A stretch of 64,000 bases of DNA from a virus (lineage: Duplodnaviria > Caudoviricetes), in the IMG/VR virus record IMGVR_UViG_3300010882_000012, one strand, 5' to 3'. The translations under genes were made by a program, and so were the position numbers. The notes beneath the pieces were generated by a model. That model worked only from the letters and a program-made list of their open reading frames with translations. It was not told the origin of the DNA and ran no database searches. Shown here piece by piece: positions 10,206 to 20,160 of this stretch (its first letter is position 1; every line of letters begins with the position of its first letter).

Positions 10206-10411
10206 TAATAAATTTCTAAATTAGTAGGATCTATTGCATTATAATTACCATGTTTTTGCGAATATTGATTTTCATAATAGATGGTTTTAAGATTAACCAA
10301 TCCACTATCATTTATTGAAGCAATCTCACATTCTTGGCAATTATATCTGGCAAACATACCAACCTTAATTTCTTCACCCTTTTGTACAACTCTTTTAACT
10401 TTATTTTCCAT
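10184..10411 (-). CDS. hypothetical protein
   Basis: Tiled ORF. Confidence 0.6.
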   Translation of the reverse strand: MENKVKRVVQKGEEIKVGMFARYNCQECEIASINDSGLVNLKTIYYENQYSQKHGNYNAIDPTNLEIYYWQTLIS

Positions 10412-10623
10412 ATTTCTTAAAATTATTTATGTTCTTTTTTCCTATAAAACACATATTTCTTTTTTAGTCTGATTCAACTTTATAAATACAACTCAACTCT
10501 GTCATTATATCTTCTATACTTAATAACAATTTTGTATTCACTGCCAATAATTCTGGTCTTTGAAAAGCTTCTTCAATAAAAGCTTCTCTTGCTTCATTTA
10601 ATAAATCTTGTACTTTTTGCATA

Positions 10624-10833
10624 TTATCCTCCTATTCCCTCCCACATTTTCATACCATCTCTAAAACCTAAATTATAAATAAATTCTGTAAATTCACTTA
10701 AAGAATCTGCAAATAATTTATCAGTTTTCTTGTTTTTGGGTTTTGGAACAAATAATTCTGTTAATCCCATTACTAAGAGTCCAAAATATTCTTTGTCCTC
10801 TTTTGACATTTTAATTTCAGTTTTTATATTCAT
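10624..10833 (-). CDS. hypothetical protein
   Basis: Tiled ORF. Confidence 0.65.
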   Translation of the reverse strand: MNIKTEIKMSKEDKEYFGLLVMGLTELFVPKPKNKKTDKLFADSLSEFTEFIYNLGFRDGMKMWEGIGG

Positions 10834-11021
10834 ATTCTTTATTTAGTTTTTTCAATTAATACATAACAATAATGTAAACAATTTAACAGTGTACTTATAC
10901 CGCCGCTACTTATTTTAACTATTTCCCAATCATCATTTAATCTTCTTTCAAGTTCACAAGTATTATTACCTTTTACTAATATAAGTTCTTGTTTTTTCAT
11001 TTAATTTTTCTTTTTTCTTTT

Positions 11022-11360
11022 TTATATCATTTCAATCGGTCTCCATTCTATAATCTCGTCTGTAACTTCATCTTTTCCCTCAGGTGCTTTGTCTATAAAG
11101 AACTTATATTTGTTCTCCGGATTATTTTTTGAACCATACCCTGTATAAACATAACCATTAAAATTCTTTAATAAAACTAATTTATGCGGCTCCGGACGTT
11201 TATAATTTATACTAATCCATTCTAGAGCATATTCTATACCATTTTTAAATGAGAATTTTGCAATATCATATTCTTTAAATCCTTCTGCATATTCAGATGC
11301 TGCTACATTAATAGTTTTTAACTCTTTTAATAAAAGATCCGGACGTATCATTATTTCCAT
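11022..11360 (-). CDS. hypothetical phage protein (WIS...WRPI pattern)
   Basis: EWISI...P...VL...IIEWRPI, typical small phage domain. Confidence 0.7.
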   Translation of the reverse strand: MEIMIRPDLLLKELKTINVAASEYAEGFKEYDIAKFSFKNGIEYALEWISINYKRPEPHKLVLLKNFNGYVYTGYGSKNNPENKYKFFIDKAPEGKDEVTDEIIEWRPIEMI

Positions 11361-11426
11361 TTTTAATTTTTCTTTAATATTTCTGGATAATCTCTAACCT
11401 GTTCTGCTTGTTTGTGTATGATATTG

Positions 11427-11675
11427 CTAAGTATTTCTAAGTGTTTTTTGTTGTTGAGTTGGAATATCATAATGACCCATTGCATCAACTTCAATTGGGT
11501 TTCCTTCTTTTGAGTCTGTAATATAGTAGCCTTCATGTAAGTTGTCAACTATCTGCAATCTAAAGTCATCAAACTCAATTTCATTTGCTTCACCGATATA
11601 TCCATATTCTTTATGCCAAATATGAACCATTGGTATTGATATCTTGTTTAGTTTTGGTCTAAATCCGGTTTTCAT
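11427..11675 (-). CDS. VHxW...DFxxQI family paralog (possibly frameshifted; may extend to 11363)
   Basis: VHIWHKEYGYIGEANEIEFDDFRLQI; start corrected to MKTGF. Confidence 0.65.
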   Translation of the reverse strand: MKTGFRPKLNKISIPMVHIWHKEYGYIGEANEIEFDDFRLQIVDNLHEGYYITDSKEGNPIEVDAMGHYDIPTQQQKTLRNT

Positions 11676-11686
11676 ATTGTTATAAT

Positions 11687-11869
11687 TTAAAAAATTGACA
11701 AATAAAAAAGAAAATTCACTAATAACATACAAACAGTCATTAAAATTGTGATAAAGATTCCGACTGATGTGGCAGATATTATTAAAGCACAACTTATAAT
11801 GAATAGTAAAATGGCGGTTAGTACATTAAATAGAATAGCAATAAAGTTTCGTTTTAAAAAGTTTTTCAT
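11687..11869 (-). CDS. small membrane protein
   Basis: Two TM helices. Confidence 0.65.
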   Translation of the reverse strand: MKNFLKRNFIAILFNVLTAILLFIISCALIISATSVGIFITILMTVCMLLVNFLFYLSIF

Positions 11870-11882
11870 ATTTTTTTAATTA

Positions 11883-12518
11883 TTATTTTTTTGTTTTATA
11901 TTTTAATCCTCTACCGAATTTAAAATTCTCATCCACAATCATAAATATTTTTTCATTCAGTATAGCAAATTTCTTTATCATCTTAATTTTTTCAAACCAT
12001 TCAATATATTCTTTCATTTCTATATTGTATCTTTCCCATCCCATTTCACAAGTACTGTTTCGAGGAGGTAATGGTTTTTTTAATTTATAACTCGGTATTA
12101 TTTCTATTAAGTATTCATCTACCCACTCTTTACTTTTTATTTGAGCCCAATACTTAATTTTGTGTTTTTCTATTTCTTTATTTATAGGATTATTCCATTC
12201 TATCTCATATAATTCTATTCCCCACTTTTCTATAGTTTTACTTTCATCACAAAATTTTATCCATATTTTATCCCATGTATTTGTATAATATGGTTTTTCT
12301 TTATTAACATATTTTTTTATGTTTTTTAATTTATATGTTCCTTCCTTAAATGTACTTCCTCCGGGTTTTAAAAATTTATCATTATATGGACTTTGTCTCC
12401 ATTTTACTTTTTGTTTAATACCGGTATGATCTCCCCATTTTCTTTTAGGTATTTTGGAAATTGTATCATCTTTAATAGGATATTTTCTAGGTCTACCTCT
12501 TTTTCTTTTCTCTTCCAT
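11883..12518 (-). CDS. T4 gp4/TnsA-like head-completion nuclease homolog, apparently inactive, with N-terminal AT-hook
   Basis: KRGRPRK; KNIKKY...W....KFCD....IEKWGIE...NP...EYLIEIIP; PD and ExK residues replaced. Confidence 0.6.
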   Translation of the reverse strand: MEEKRKRGRPRKYPIKDDTISKIPKRKWGDHTGIKQKVKWRQSPYNDKFLKPGGSTFKEGTYKLKNIKKYVNKEKPYYTNTWDKIWIKFCDESKTIEKWGIELYEIEWNNPINKEIEKHKIKYWAQIKSKEWVDEYLIEIIPSYKLKKPLPPRNSTCEMGWERYNIEMKEYIEWFEKIKMIKKFAILNEKIFMIVDENFKFGRGLKYKTKK

Positions 12519-12993
12519 TTAGATTAGTAAGGCATTTTTATTTTATTTATTCAAAAAGTTTCATGTTTTGGTAGGAATTGGAAATTACATGTATTTTATG
12601 GTAGTATTTTGAGGGTATTTTGGAAAAAATCGGAGATTTTTGGAAAGTTATGGAAGAAGAGTAAAAGTATTTAGTTACTATAAGATTATTATAAGAATAA
12701 GTTTAAATTTAGTATTTTTACTGTAATGTAAAACCTTAAAACCTACATCATAAAATTCTGCAGACACTTAGTAAATTCTATAAAAACCTAGTTAAACAGG
12801 CTCGTTTTGACGAAAATTTTTAGGTCTCTATTCTAACTATCTCACACTAAGCGCTTTACACATCCTATCTACTTGGTTTGCTAGGTTTTTGCAAAAAATT
12901 AACAAATTGTTAGTATTTTCTTGCAAATTGTTAGTAACTTTTTTACTAAATTTTTACAAATCTTTCTAACTCACTTTTGCAAATTTTTTAATA
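12519..12993. other. 475-bp non-coding region with repeats and inverted class-1 motif (possible origin/terminus)
   Basis: GTATTTT repeats; IR 12782-12791/12881-12890; tandem AAATTGTTAGTA 12904 and 12925. Confidence 0.4.
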
Positions 12994-13146
12994 TCACCCT
13001 GGTCCAAAACTCCCGTCACTTCGTATCTTTCTGCTAATATTTTGCAATTCTTTTACAATTTCTTTTCCAAGTTCAGTTATCTTATCATTTTGTTTTTCAA
13101 TCAATCTTTTGATTTCTAAAAGTGTACCGTACTCTATACTACTCAT
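12994..13146 (-). CDS. small coiled-coil protein (50 aa, not in track)
   Basis: MSSIEYGTLLEIKRLIEKQ...GPG*. Confidence 0.6.
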   Translation of the reverse strand: MSSIEYGTLLEIKRLIEKQNDKITELGKEIVKELQNISRKIRSDGSFGPG

Positions 13147-13161
13147 ATTAAATCTCTTTTG

Positions 13162-13482
13162 TTATAATAAAACTCCTGTATTCTTTTCCCAAGCTTCATC
13201 TCCGCATCCTTCATTAAGTACTTCTTCAATTTCTCTCAGTGCTTGCATAAACTTTTCACCTGCTTCAATTGTTCCTTCTTGCTCTCTTCCATTGTGTTCC
13301 ATTTCTCCTCTAACACCTCCTCCTAAATAATTTCTGTAAGCACCAAATTTTCCAACCGGTGCATTCATCAATTCTCCTCTACAGTACAAACTCCAAGATT
13401 TAGTTTCATCTAAAATTACACTTCCTTCTGGTAATCCTAATTCAGATTCTAAGTTGTCAATAATTTCTTCAATACTTTCCAT
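13162..13482 (-). CDS. hypothetical protein
   Basis: Start corrected to MESIE. Confidence 0.7.
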   Translation of the reverse strand: MESIEEIIDNLESELGLPEGSVILDETKSWSLYCRGELMNAPVGKFGAYRNYLGGGVRGEMEHNGREQEGTIEAGEKFMQALREIEEVLNEGCGDEAWEKNTGVLL

Positions 13483-13553
13483 ACTATAATTTTTTAAATG
13501 AATACACAATTTCCCATTTTAACCATAAAAATATCTTCACTTAATAATTCTTT

Positions 13554-13946
13554 CTATTCTTCTTTAGTTGCCATAATATCTGCAAAAGTACTGACATTTT
13601 TCTCTGCATATTCACAAAGTTCATCAAGTGTTGTAAAAACCGGTGTACAAGGAGAACCTTCTGATGTAGTTTCCCATAATTGGTATCCTTCTCCTACAGG
13701 TGGTTCATAGTACCAAATAGCTCTGTGTTTTTCATTATGAACATAACAATGTTCTTGGTTTTCTTCACAAGGTAAATCACAAGCTGAACAATTTGCGCAA
13801 ATACTTCTAAGATCTAAATCTTCTTTATTAGCCCAAACAGGATTAAAAAGTTCAATTGCTTTTTCTGGTGTTAAGATGTAGCCAGGCCAAATTTGATTTA
13901 ATGGATGATTGAAATCCATTGGTACTCGTTTTACTGTTCTTCCCAT
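13554..13946 (-). CDS. conserved phage hypothetical protein (frame continues past TAG to 13494)
   Basis: MGRTVKRVP...GYQLWETTSEGSP.TPVF. Confidence 0.75.
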   Translation of the reverse strand: MGRTVKRVPMDFNHPLNQIWPGYILTPEKAIELFNPVWANKEDLDLRSICANCSACDLPCEENQEHCYVHNEKHRAIWYYEPPVGEGYQLWETTSEGSPCTPVFTTLDELCEYAEKNVSTFADIMATKEE

Positions 13947-14194
13947 TATGATGAAACTTTATTGTAAGTGTTTCTAGTTTCTCCTAGTATGATTTGACCA
14001 CAGGTAGGACATTTGAATTTAAGTTTGAATTGGTCTACGTCTTTCCCATCTGGTTTAAAATCTACTCTTTTTATAATTAACGGTTGTGTTGCATTTTCTT
14101 TGGCTGTAAACTTAGTTTTAGTTCCACAAACATTACAAAGTACATCTTCTGTAGTTCCAGAAGTTAAGTCAGTATAGTAAGCTAGATTTTCCAT
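13946..14194 (-). CDS. Zn-ribbon protein
   Basis: CNVC...CPTC. Confidence 0.7.
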   Translation of the reverse strand: MENLAYYTDLTSGTTEDVLCNVCGTKTKFTAKENATQPLIIKRVDFKPDGKDVDQFKLKFKCPTCGQIILGETRNTYNKVSS

Positions 14195-14580
14195 ATTATG
14201 ATTTAATTAGTAATTGTAACAGTTGATAAATTCTACCTGATTAGTATCTAATTGAGATTCTGTTTCTTCATAAGAGTGGCAGGAGAAATTTCCATGTACC
14301 AAATGATGTACTTGGAAAATGACAGGTTTTGACTGATCAACTCTTTTGTATGCTTGTTTTAGTTTTGAGAATTCATCCATTATTAAATAGTGTTAGATTC
14401 TTTGTACTGCAGATAAACATGATTTCTATTGCGATAAACAAAGTCGATGGGGAAAGCAAAACCTTCCTTGTTTGAAATTGCATACACTTCTATATCATCT
14501 CCTAAAAGTACCTTTGCTTCTTCTAACCTTGCGATAACTTCTGTAATTGTCATGATGTTTGAATTTTAATTTGATATTGT

Positions 14581-14637
14581 AAAAATACTAAAAATACTGA
14601 TACAAAACCTCATCATAAGAAAAAAGTTACTAACAAT
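14581..14637 (-). promoter_or_regulatory. Class-1 promoter
   Basis: Motif plus TATTTTT box at fixed spacing. Confidence 0.8.
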
Positions 14638-14696
14638 CTCAATTGTTATTATTTCATAAACCAACAATTTAAATAGCTAAAACTTTTTAAAAGTTT

Positions 14697-14708
14697 GGAA
14701 TAAATAGT
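14697..14708 (+). promoter_or_regulatory. Class-3 (late-like) promoter GGAATAAATAGT
   Basis: Identical to 63684-63695. Confidence 0.45.
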
Positions 14709-15014
14709 ATGAAAGTTCTTGTAAGAATATGCTCTTTGATATTTTGTTATAGTGTAATTAAGTGAAAACTATTAGCATTCGTAGAATAGGCCAAAGTAGG
14801 TACGAAACAGTCTGCCCAGTTAAATTGAACTTTAAAAAACTAAAACAAAATTTAGAAAGAAATGAAAAAGTACTTTTTGTAATTCTTTGACATGTTGCTA
14901 GATTAGACCAAATCAAACAGAAAGCCCTCTTCATATGATTAGCGCTGGAAAGTCCTGGAGACAAGTTCCTCTCAGGGCTAAAATATTTTTAAAATACTAT
15001 TTAATAGATTGGCT

Positions 15015-16730
15015 TTACTGCTTTACCACTTTAACCGTCCGTATCCCTATATCTGTATGAACTTTCACCATATAAACGCCAACGGATAAGTGGCTAATAT
15101 TCAAACTATTATTTCTTATCTCAGTTTGTAGGATTTTACGCCCTTCAATGTTAAATACCTCTACGAATTTGACAACCTCATCGGTTTGAATATAGAGTTC
15201 CCCATTTGTAGGATTGGGGTAAACTACCAATTTTTCGATTTCGTTCTCCGTTACGCCAACTCCTATTTTAAATACAGCTGAAATTGTGCCATTCGATTGC
15301 ACATTCGTAAATGTGTAGGTAGTTATAGCTCCTTTCGATTCACCGTTAACTAAAACGTTATCAATCACATAATTGGTTTTTGGAGCAATCGTAAATGTAA
15401 TATTGCCGCCTTCTTCAACTTTTGCATCGCCGAACGGATCTATCGTTCCCCAATCCGCATTATTTACGGTTGCTGTAATCGTATAAATATTGCCGTTTTG
15501 TTCATCCGTTTTGAATGTTGCCGAATTTGAAGGCGGTGATGCCAAATGTGTGGCGGTTTCCTTCTTTCGCTGTTTGAACGTATATGATGTGTTGGGCGTT
15601 AATCCGTTAAACACATTAGAGCTCTGCCAATTACCGTTATCCTTTTGATACTCACAACCTTCAACTGTATTCAATGTTATGGATGTAGGCGTTTTCGACT
15701 GTAATGTTGGTGTGGGCGGTGCTGTTTGGGTGGCTTTCGTAACTGTTGCTGTTGGTGATGAGGTCATACTGCCGATAACCTTTAAAGCCATATAACCGCC
15801 GCTATTATCATAAAAATCTCCAACATAAATTGTTACGGCGATTTCTTTTCCGATATCATCAGCTGTTAAAGTATAGGTTTTACTATTGCCGCCATCCACC
15901 GTAAGATAATAATCATCAATAATCGTACCATTACGTTTCCACCCATATTTTATTATTTCATAAGGCCACATTGAAAAATTGGAATGATTTACTGTTAATG
16001 TTTGACCGAAAACCGGATTGCCGCTAATTGACAAATTGGCACTGATTACGTTGATTGTGAAGTCTTTAACGAAATCGTTTGGAAATATAATATATGCACT
16101 ACCATCTTCATTAGGATATTGTATGGTTGCTCTAATTGTTGTGACTCCTTCATTTTCAGCCAAAAACCGATAAGCCAAACCACCCAAATGAGTTAGTGTG
16201 GCGTTTGCAGATCCGGGGTCAACCATTGACCACACTATTGATGGATATGACTGATTGGCTTCATAAGGAACAAATATATTATTATCAATCGGCATATACA
16301 ATGGTATATTGGCGACAGCAGTAGTTGGGATGTTGATGATGTCGGTGACTGAGAGGATGGCAGAGAAGTTTTGATTAGGCAGATTTTCGGTAAGTGGCTC
16401 TATATAAATGGATTCGGGTACAAACCGATAACCTTCTTTTTCCGGTATGAGATCTCCAAAACCACCCAGTGGAACTCCTAATACGTAATTCCCATTTGCA
16501 TTAGTTGTAGTAGATAATATATCACATCGTATGGTTGTGTTGGGTAGTGGTTGAGATGTTTGATAAATTCTAACAGTACCGGATACAGTTACCCATTGAG
16601 CATTCGCTTTCAACGGATTGACTATTGACATTATTATAAATCCCAAAACAACTATTATAAAAGCAATAGTTGAGGGAATTCCGGTACCCACTTCATTAGG
16701 GTAAGGTTTTAAATTTAAAAGATTTTTCAT
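15015..16730 (-). CDS. T9SS type-A C-terminal sorting domain protein (Ig-like/Fn3/InlB-B-like repeats)
   Basis: Signal peptide ending ANA-Q; FNGLTPNTSYTF; C-terminal VYPNP...LSVGVYMVK...KVVKQ. Confidence 0.88.
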   Translation of the reverse strand: MKNLLNLKPYPNEVGTGIPSTIAFIIVVLGFIIMSIVNPLKANAQWVTVSGTVRIYQTSQPLPNTTIRCDILSTTTNANGNYVLGVPLGGFGDLIPEKEGYRFVPESIYIEPLTENLPNQNFSAILSVTDIINIPTTAVANIPLYMPIDNNIFVPYEANQSYPSIVWSMVDPGSANATLTHLGGLAYRFLAENEGVTTIRATIQYPNEDGSAYIIFPNDFVKDFTINVISANLSISGNPVFGQTLTVNHSNFSMWPYEIIKYGWKRNGTIIDDYYLTVDGGNSKTYTLTADDIGKEIAVTIYVGDFYDNSGGYMALKVIGSMTSSPTATVTKATQTAPPTPTLQSKTPTSITLNTVEGCEYQKDNGNWQSSNVFNGLTPNTSYTFKQRKKETATHLASPPSNSATFKTDEQNGNIYTITATVNNADWGTIDPFGDAKVEEGGNITFTIAPKTNYVIDNVLVNGESKGAITTYTFTNVQSNGTISAVFKIGVGVTENEIEKLVVYPNPTNGELYIQTDEVVKFVEVFNIEGRKILQTEIRNNSLNISHLSVGVYMVKVHTDIGIRTVKVVKQ

Positions 16731-16920
16731 AAGATTAAATTTTTTTGATTATTGTTTGTTTGATTATTTTAATTTGTTGTAATCGAAATCAATGTATTGT
16801 TTTGGTTTCGCCGTTGTTATATCCAATTTGTGCAATATGATAAAGTAGGATAACAACATTAAACTGATGTGGACTGTAACTAAAGCTGCCATAAGATTAA
16901 AAATTGATTGAGCTTCCAAA

Positions 16921-17040
16921 CTATTCTGAATTGTCGCAAAAGGCAACTACCTTATCAAACTTACCATTTTGAGAAAGTTCTCTAAATCGAAAATCTGTTA
17001 TTTCCTTAATTTGTCTCAATTTTCTGTTTGACAGTTTCAT
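16921..17040 (-). CDS. short ORF (39 aa), possibly truncated
   Basis: TAATG-coupled to upstream gene; MKLSNRKLRQIKEITDF. Confidence 0.4.
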   Translation of the reverse strand: MKLSNRKLRQIKEITDFRFRELSQNGKFDKVVAFCDNSE

Positions 17041-17363
17041 TATGCTATTCTTAAAAAGTTTAATTTTTTAAAACATCTCCACTCATTTCTTTCTGTATCA
17101 AAGTAAGTAAAAACCTTGTCACTTCTATCATATCCTTTCGGTTGTTGCTCAATTGGTACTTTATCTAACATTAAGTGTCCATATGCTTCTCTTGTGGTAC
17201 CATCTATCTTCTGAAAATAGAATTTTACAATTTCCAACCTCATCCTTTTCTTTAGATAGTACAATTGCCAAGCTAACTTTAATGCTTCTGAGAGATTACA
17301 TCCAGAAATTTTCACAAACTTCCAGGTCTCATTCATGATTTGTCTTTTGTCCTCTGTCTTCAT
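17040..17363 (-). CDS. SH3/WYL_2-like (DUF2693-like) protein
   Basis: LSEALKLAW...VKFYFQKIDGTTREAYG...TYFDTERNEWRCFK. Confidence 0.8.
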   Translation of the reverse strand: MKTEDKRQIMNETWKFVKISGCNLSEALKLAWQLYYLKKRMRLEIVKFYFQKIDGTTREAYGHLMLDKVPIEQQPKGYDRSDKVFTYFDTERNEWRCFKKLNFLRIA

Positions 17364-17755
17364 TATGCAATATCAGTTTTGAAAGTTAAGTAGTTACCAT
17401 TTACTTTACAAGAAAGTGTTACAGTTTTGAAAGCTGGGCCGGCGGAAAGTTGCTTTGCAAAGTTTGGCCAAGTGCTCATATCTACACCTTCAAAAAAATC
17501 ATTGTCCAAACGGTAAACAATTCCAAATGGTCTTTTTTGTGCTTTCACAAAGCTAACACCTTTTGCATTTGCGCCCATAAGAGGCAAGCATTCTAAGAAC
17601 GCTTTTCTAAGTATTTTTTCATATTCTTTCCAATCTTCGTATTCTTTCTCGTCTTGCCAACGTCCCCAAAGATTAGCGATTAGACCTTCCATTTTTTCAT
17701 AGATAACCTTATGGATTTCTGTGATTTTTTCATTCGGATTTAAGACTTTTGCCAT
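17363..17755 (-). CDS. hypothetical phage protein
   Basis: LWGRWQDEKEYEDW...KRPFG. Confidence 0.75.
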   Translation of the reverse strand: MAKVLNPNEKITEIHKVIYEKMEGLIANLWGRWQDEKEYEDWKEYEKILRKAFLECLPLMGANAKGVSFVKAQKRPFGIVYRLDNDFFEGVDMSTWPNFAKQLSAGPAFKTVTLSCKVNGNYLTFKTDIA

Positions 17756-17791
17756 GATGTTTAAATTTTGATTTGATTGTTTTGATACTGT

Positions 17792-17861
17792 AAAAATACT
17801 AAAAATACTGATACGAAAGTGTTTAAAAAGAAAAAAGTTACTAACAATTTGTGCTAGTAAC
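17792..17861 (-). promoter_or_regulatory. Class-1 promoter with hairpin extension (terminator)
   Basis: Motif 17832-17848, second arm TAGTAAC. Confidence 0.8.
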
Positions 17862-17909
17862 CTCTTTCCTTCGCATTATGAAAAAGAAAAATTTAAAAAT
17901 ATCGATTTG

Positions 17910-18401
17910 CTATTCGTTAATTCGAGTATCTACAACCTCATCGGGCACATAACTCGGAGCTGATGTTTCTATTCTCTGTGTGGAACCTGCATTATTACCA
18001 AATGGATTAAAATTCCGGTCTAAAACTATGATATTATCGACAAAGTACTTTTGATCACCTCTGACACGCCATATGTTCTTGAGTCCCCAAACTTTATGAT
18101 ACACAACTTGCACTTTCCATCCATGAATAAGGGCGGAGTCCATAAGATTAATAATCTCCATACGCTTTTGTTTGGTAATAACGCGGTCAAATCGGTCGAC
18201 GGAAAAATTAAAAGCATCTGTGCCGGTGTTCATTCCGGTTTGCGTAACATTAAGTTCACCTTCGTAAGATTTGAAGATAACACCTTCTTCGTTGAATTTC
18301 GTAAGGAATCCAACACGGTTTCCGTTTGAATAGTTTTCTTTGCAGCTGGTAAACGCTAAAGTTGCGACCAGCAACATGATTAAAAATTGAAATTTTTTCA
18401 T
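17910..18401 (-). CDS. lipoprotein
   Basis: MKK signal with FTSC lipobox; YSNG.RVG...K....GVIFKSYEGEL. Confidence 0.8.
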   Translation of the reverse strand: MKKFQFLIMLLVATLAFTSCKENYSNGNRVGFLTKFNEEGVIFKSYEGELNVTQTGMNTGTDAFNFSVDRFDRVITKQKRMEIINLMDSALIHGWKVQVVYHKVWGLKNIWRVRGDQKYFVDNIIVLDRNFNPFGNNAGSTQRIETSAPSYVPDEVVDTRINE

Positions 18402-18432
18402 TTTGATTGGTTTTTTAATTGGTTAAAAATGA

Positions 18433-18771
18433 TTATTGGTTTGATTTTCTATCAAGAGCTCTTTTCATTGAACTCTCATGATTTTCTTTTGTAGTAACTT
18501 TGTAGCAAGGTTGTCCACCTTTTAATCCGTATTCTTCCAACCATCTACGATCATTGATTTGCTGATAAAGCAAAGATTGTTCACTACTTTTTTTACCATG
18601 TTTTTGGAACCAATGGCGAGAAACAACACCATTAACAACTAATCCGCGAGCAGTGTCAATAGGACGAATAATATCTTCAATTTGTTCACGAGTTAATGGT
18701 ACAATACGAGCTTCAATTTTATTTAAAATTTCTACCCTAGCTGCATTTTTGTTTACTGATAATACTTTCAT
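18433..18771 (-). CDS. hypothetical protein
   Basis: Start corrected to MKVLS, downstream of promoter. Confidence 0.7.
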   Translation of the reverse strand: MKVLSVNKNAARVEILNKIEARIVPLTREQIEDIIRPIDTARGLVVNGVVSRHWFQKHGKKSSEQSLLYQQINDRRWLEEYGLKGGQPCYKVTTKENHESSMKRALDRKSNQ

Positions 18772-18795
18772 GTCTTTGAATTTTGATTGATTAAT

Positions 18796-18865
18796 AAAAA
18801 TACCACTTTTTTCGATACGAGTTTCATTAAAAAGAAAAAAGTTACTAACAATTTGTGCTAGCAAC
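18796..18865 (-). promoter_or_regulatory. Class-1 promoter with hairpin extension (terminator)
   Basis: Motif 18836-18852. Confidence 0.8.
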
Positions 18866-18893
18866 TTTCTTCACTATCAAAATTCAAAATTCT

Positions 18894-20159
18894 CTAAAAT
18901 AATTTTTTCTGATCTTGTATTACAATATAACGATCTTCCATGCTGGATAATTTTGGTTTGGGAATCGGTACGATATACCGTGGATCTTTTTGTTGTTGAA
19001 AAAACAGACTACTTTTACTGTTAATAGGACCAATTGGCTGAAAATAATAACTGAAATCACTATTTTTATTACCATGTACTTTCTTTATAATCTGCATGAT
19101 TTCATCTTTTGATAAAGAATGATTTTTTAATTGCATCGTAGATAAAATCATACCACGTGCTGACATATCATGTGGACAACGACCTAATCCTTTACCACGT
19201 TGATATGGTTTTCTTTCTTTTGTTTCTACTACCGGAATTACTTTTTTGCAAGATTGTCTAACTTTTCCTTTTACAACAGGTTTTTCTACCGGAGCTTCTG
19301 TTACAAGTCTGAAAGTGGATTCCATTTTTGTAGCACCAGATTCTACTAATAGAAGAAAACGTTTATCAGTTTTATTCTGCTTCAAAAGAGAAGAAAATGA
19401 ACCTACACCATTTGTACTCGGTTTTTGAAAATAATGGATAAAGCAATTGCAATTATCGACAGTTTTTTCTAAAGTAGGATAAGAGGTACCAAGAAGAAAT
19501 TCAAGTACTTCTCTCATAGTAACATCTTTTCCTTGTGCTTGAATCCAATCTAAACCCAGAGTACGGAGAGATTTCTTTACAGGTTCTACTTTCTTAGATG
19601 TGGTTGCAACCTCATCTTCAATTGGTTGTGCTTGAACAGGCATCGGCGGAATATGACGACAAGCAAATCCATTTTTAAACATGAATTCTGCCAGTAAACC
19701 TTTTTGAACTAATTTAGAAAGCGATTCAGATAAAGCACCCAAGATAATGGATTCTTGCACATGTAACGGACAAGCTTTGTATGCATCTGCATTCACATAG
19801 TTATTGTAAAGATCTCGCATTGCTAACGCATCATTGTGATCTTCATAGATAAGACCATCTGCCATAGTATTGTCCTTTTTACTAAGGATGATTGTTCCAG
19901 TTTTCATTTTGATATTGTTTAAAGTTAATTTTTGTTTTACCTCAGTTTTAAGTACTTGATTCCACCGTGCTGCTAGCATACTGTGACCGATGTGAAATCC
20001 GTTACAAATAGGGCATTGGTATGCATCAAATGGAGCTCCCATACTAAGTGTTACACCTTCTGCTGCTTTTTGTGCAATTTCCAACGTTTCATATGCTTTC
20101 TTTACTTTGTTTCCTTTAGTAAAATGAGCATTTTTCTTTTGTTTTAGTGTTAGTTCCAT
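18894..20159 (-). CDS. multidomain protein: Zn ribbon plus two repeated putative winged-helix-like domains
   Basis: AYQCPICNGFH; two YFQ...SSL...D.R[FY] repeats. Confidence 0.7.
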   Translation of the reverse strand: MELTLKQKKNAHFTKGNKVKKAYETLEIAQKAAEGVTLSMGAPFDAYQCPICNGFHIGHSMLAARWNQVLKTEVKQKLTLNNIKMKTGTIILSKKDNTMADGLIYEDHNDALAMRDLYNNYVNADAYKACPLHVQESIILGALSESLSKLVQKGLLAEFMFKNGFACRHIPPMPVQAQPIEDEVATTSKKVEPVKKSLRTLGLDWIQAQGKDVTMREVLEFLLGTSYPTLEKTVDNCNCFIHYFQKPSTNGVGSFSSLLKQNKTDKRFLLLVESGATKMESTFRLVTEAPVEKPVVKGKVRQSCKKVIPVVETKERKPYQRGKGLGRCPHDMSARGMILSTMQLKNHSLSKDEIMQIIKKVHGNKNSDFSYYFQPIGPINSKSSLFFQQQKDPRYIVPIPKPKLSSMEDRYIVIQDQKKLF

Positions 20160-20160
20160 A

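Noticed and set aside
18775-18888. Invertible promoter flanked by inverted repeats
   Set aside because: Right-hand elements match the distal leader of their own unit better, all promoters share one orientation, and no recombinase seen; not fully excluded without read data
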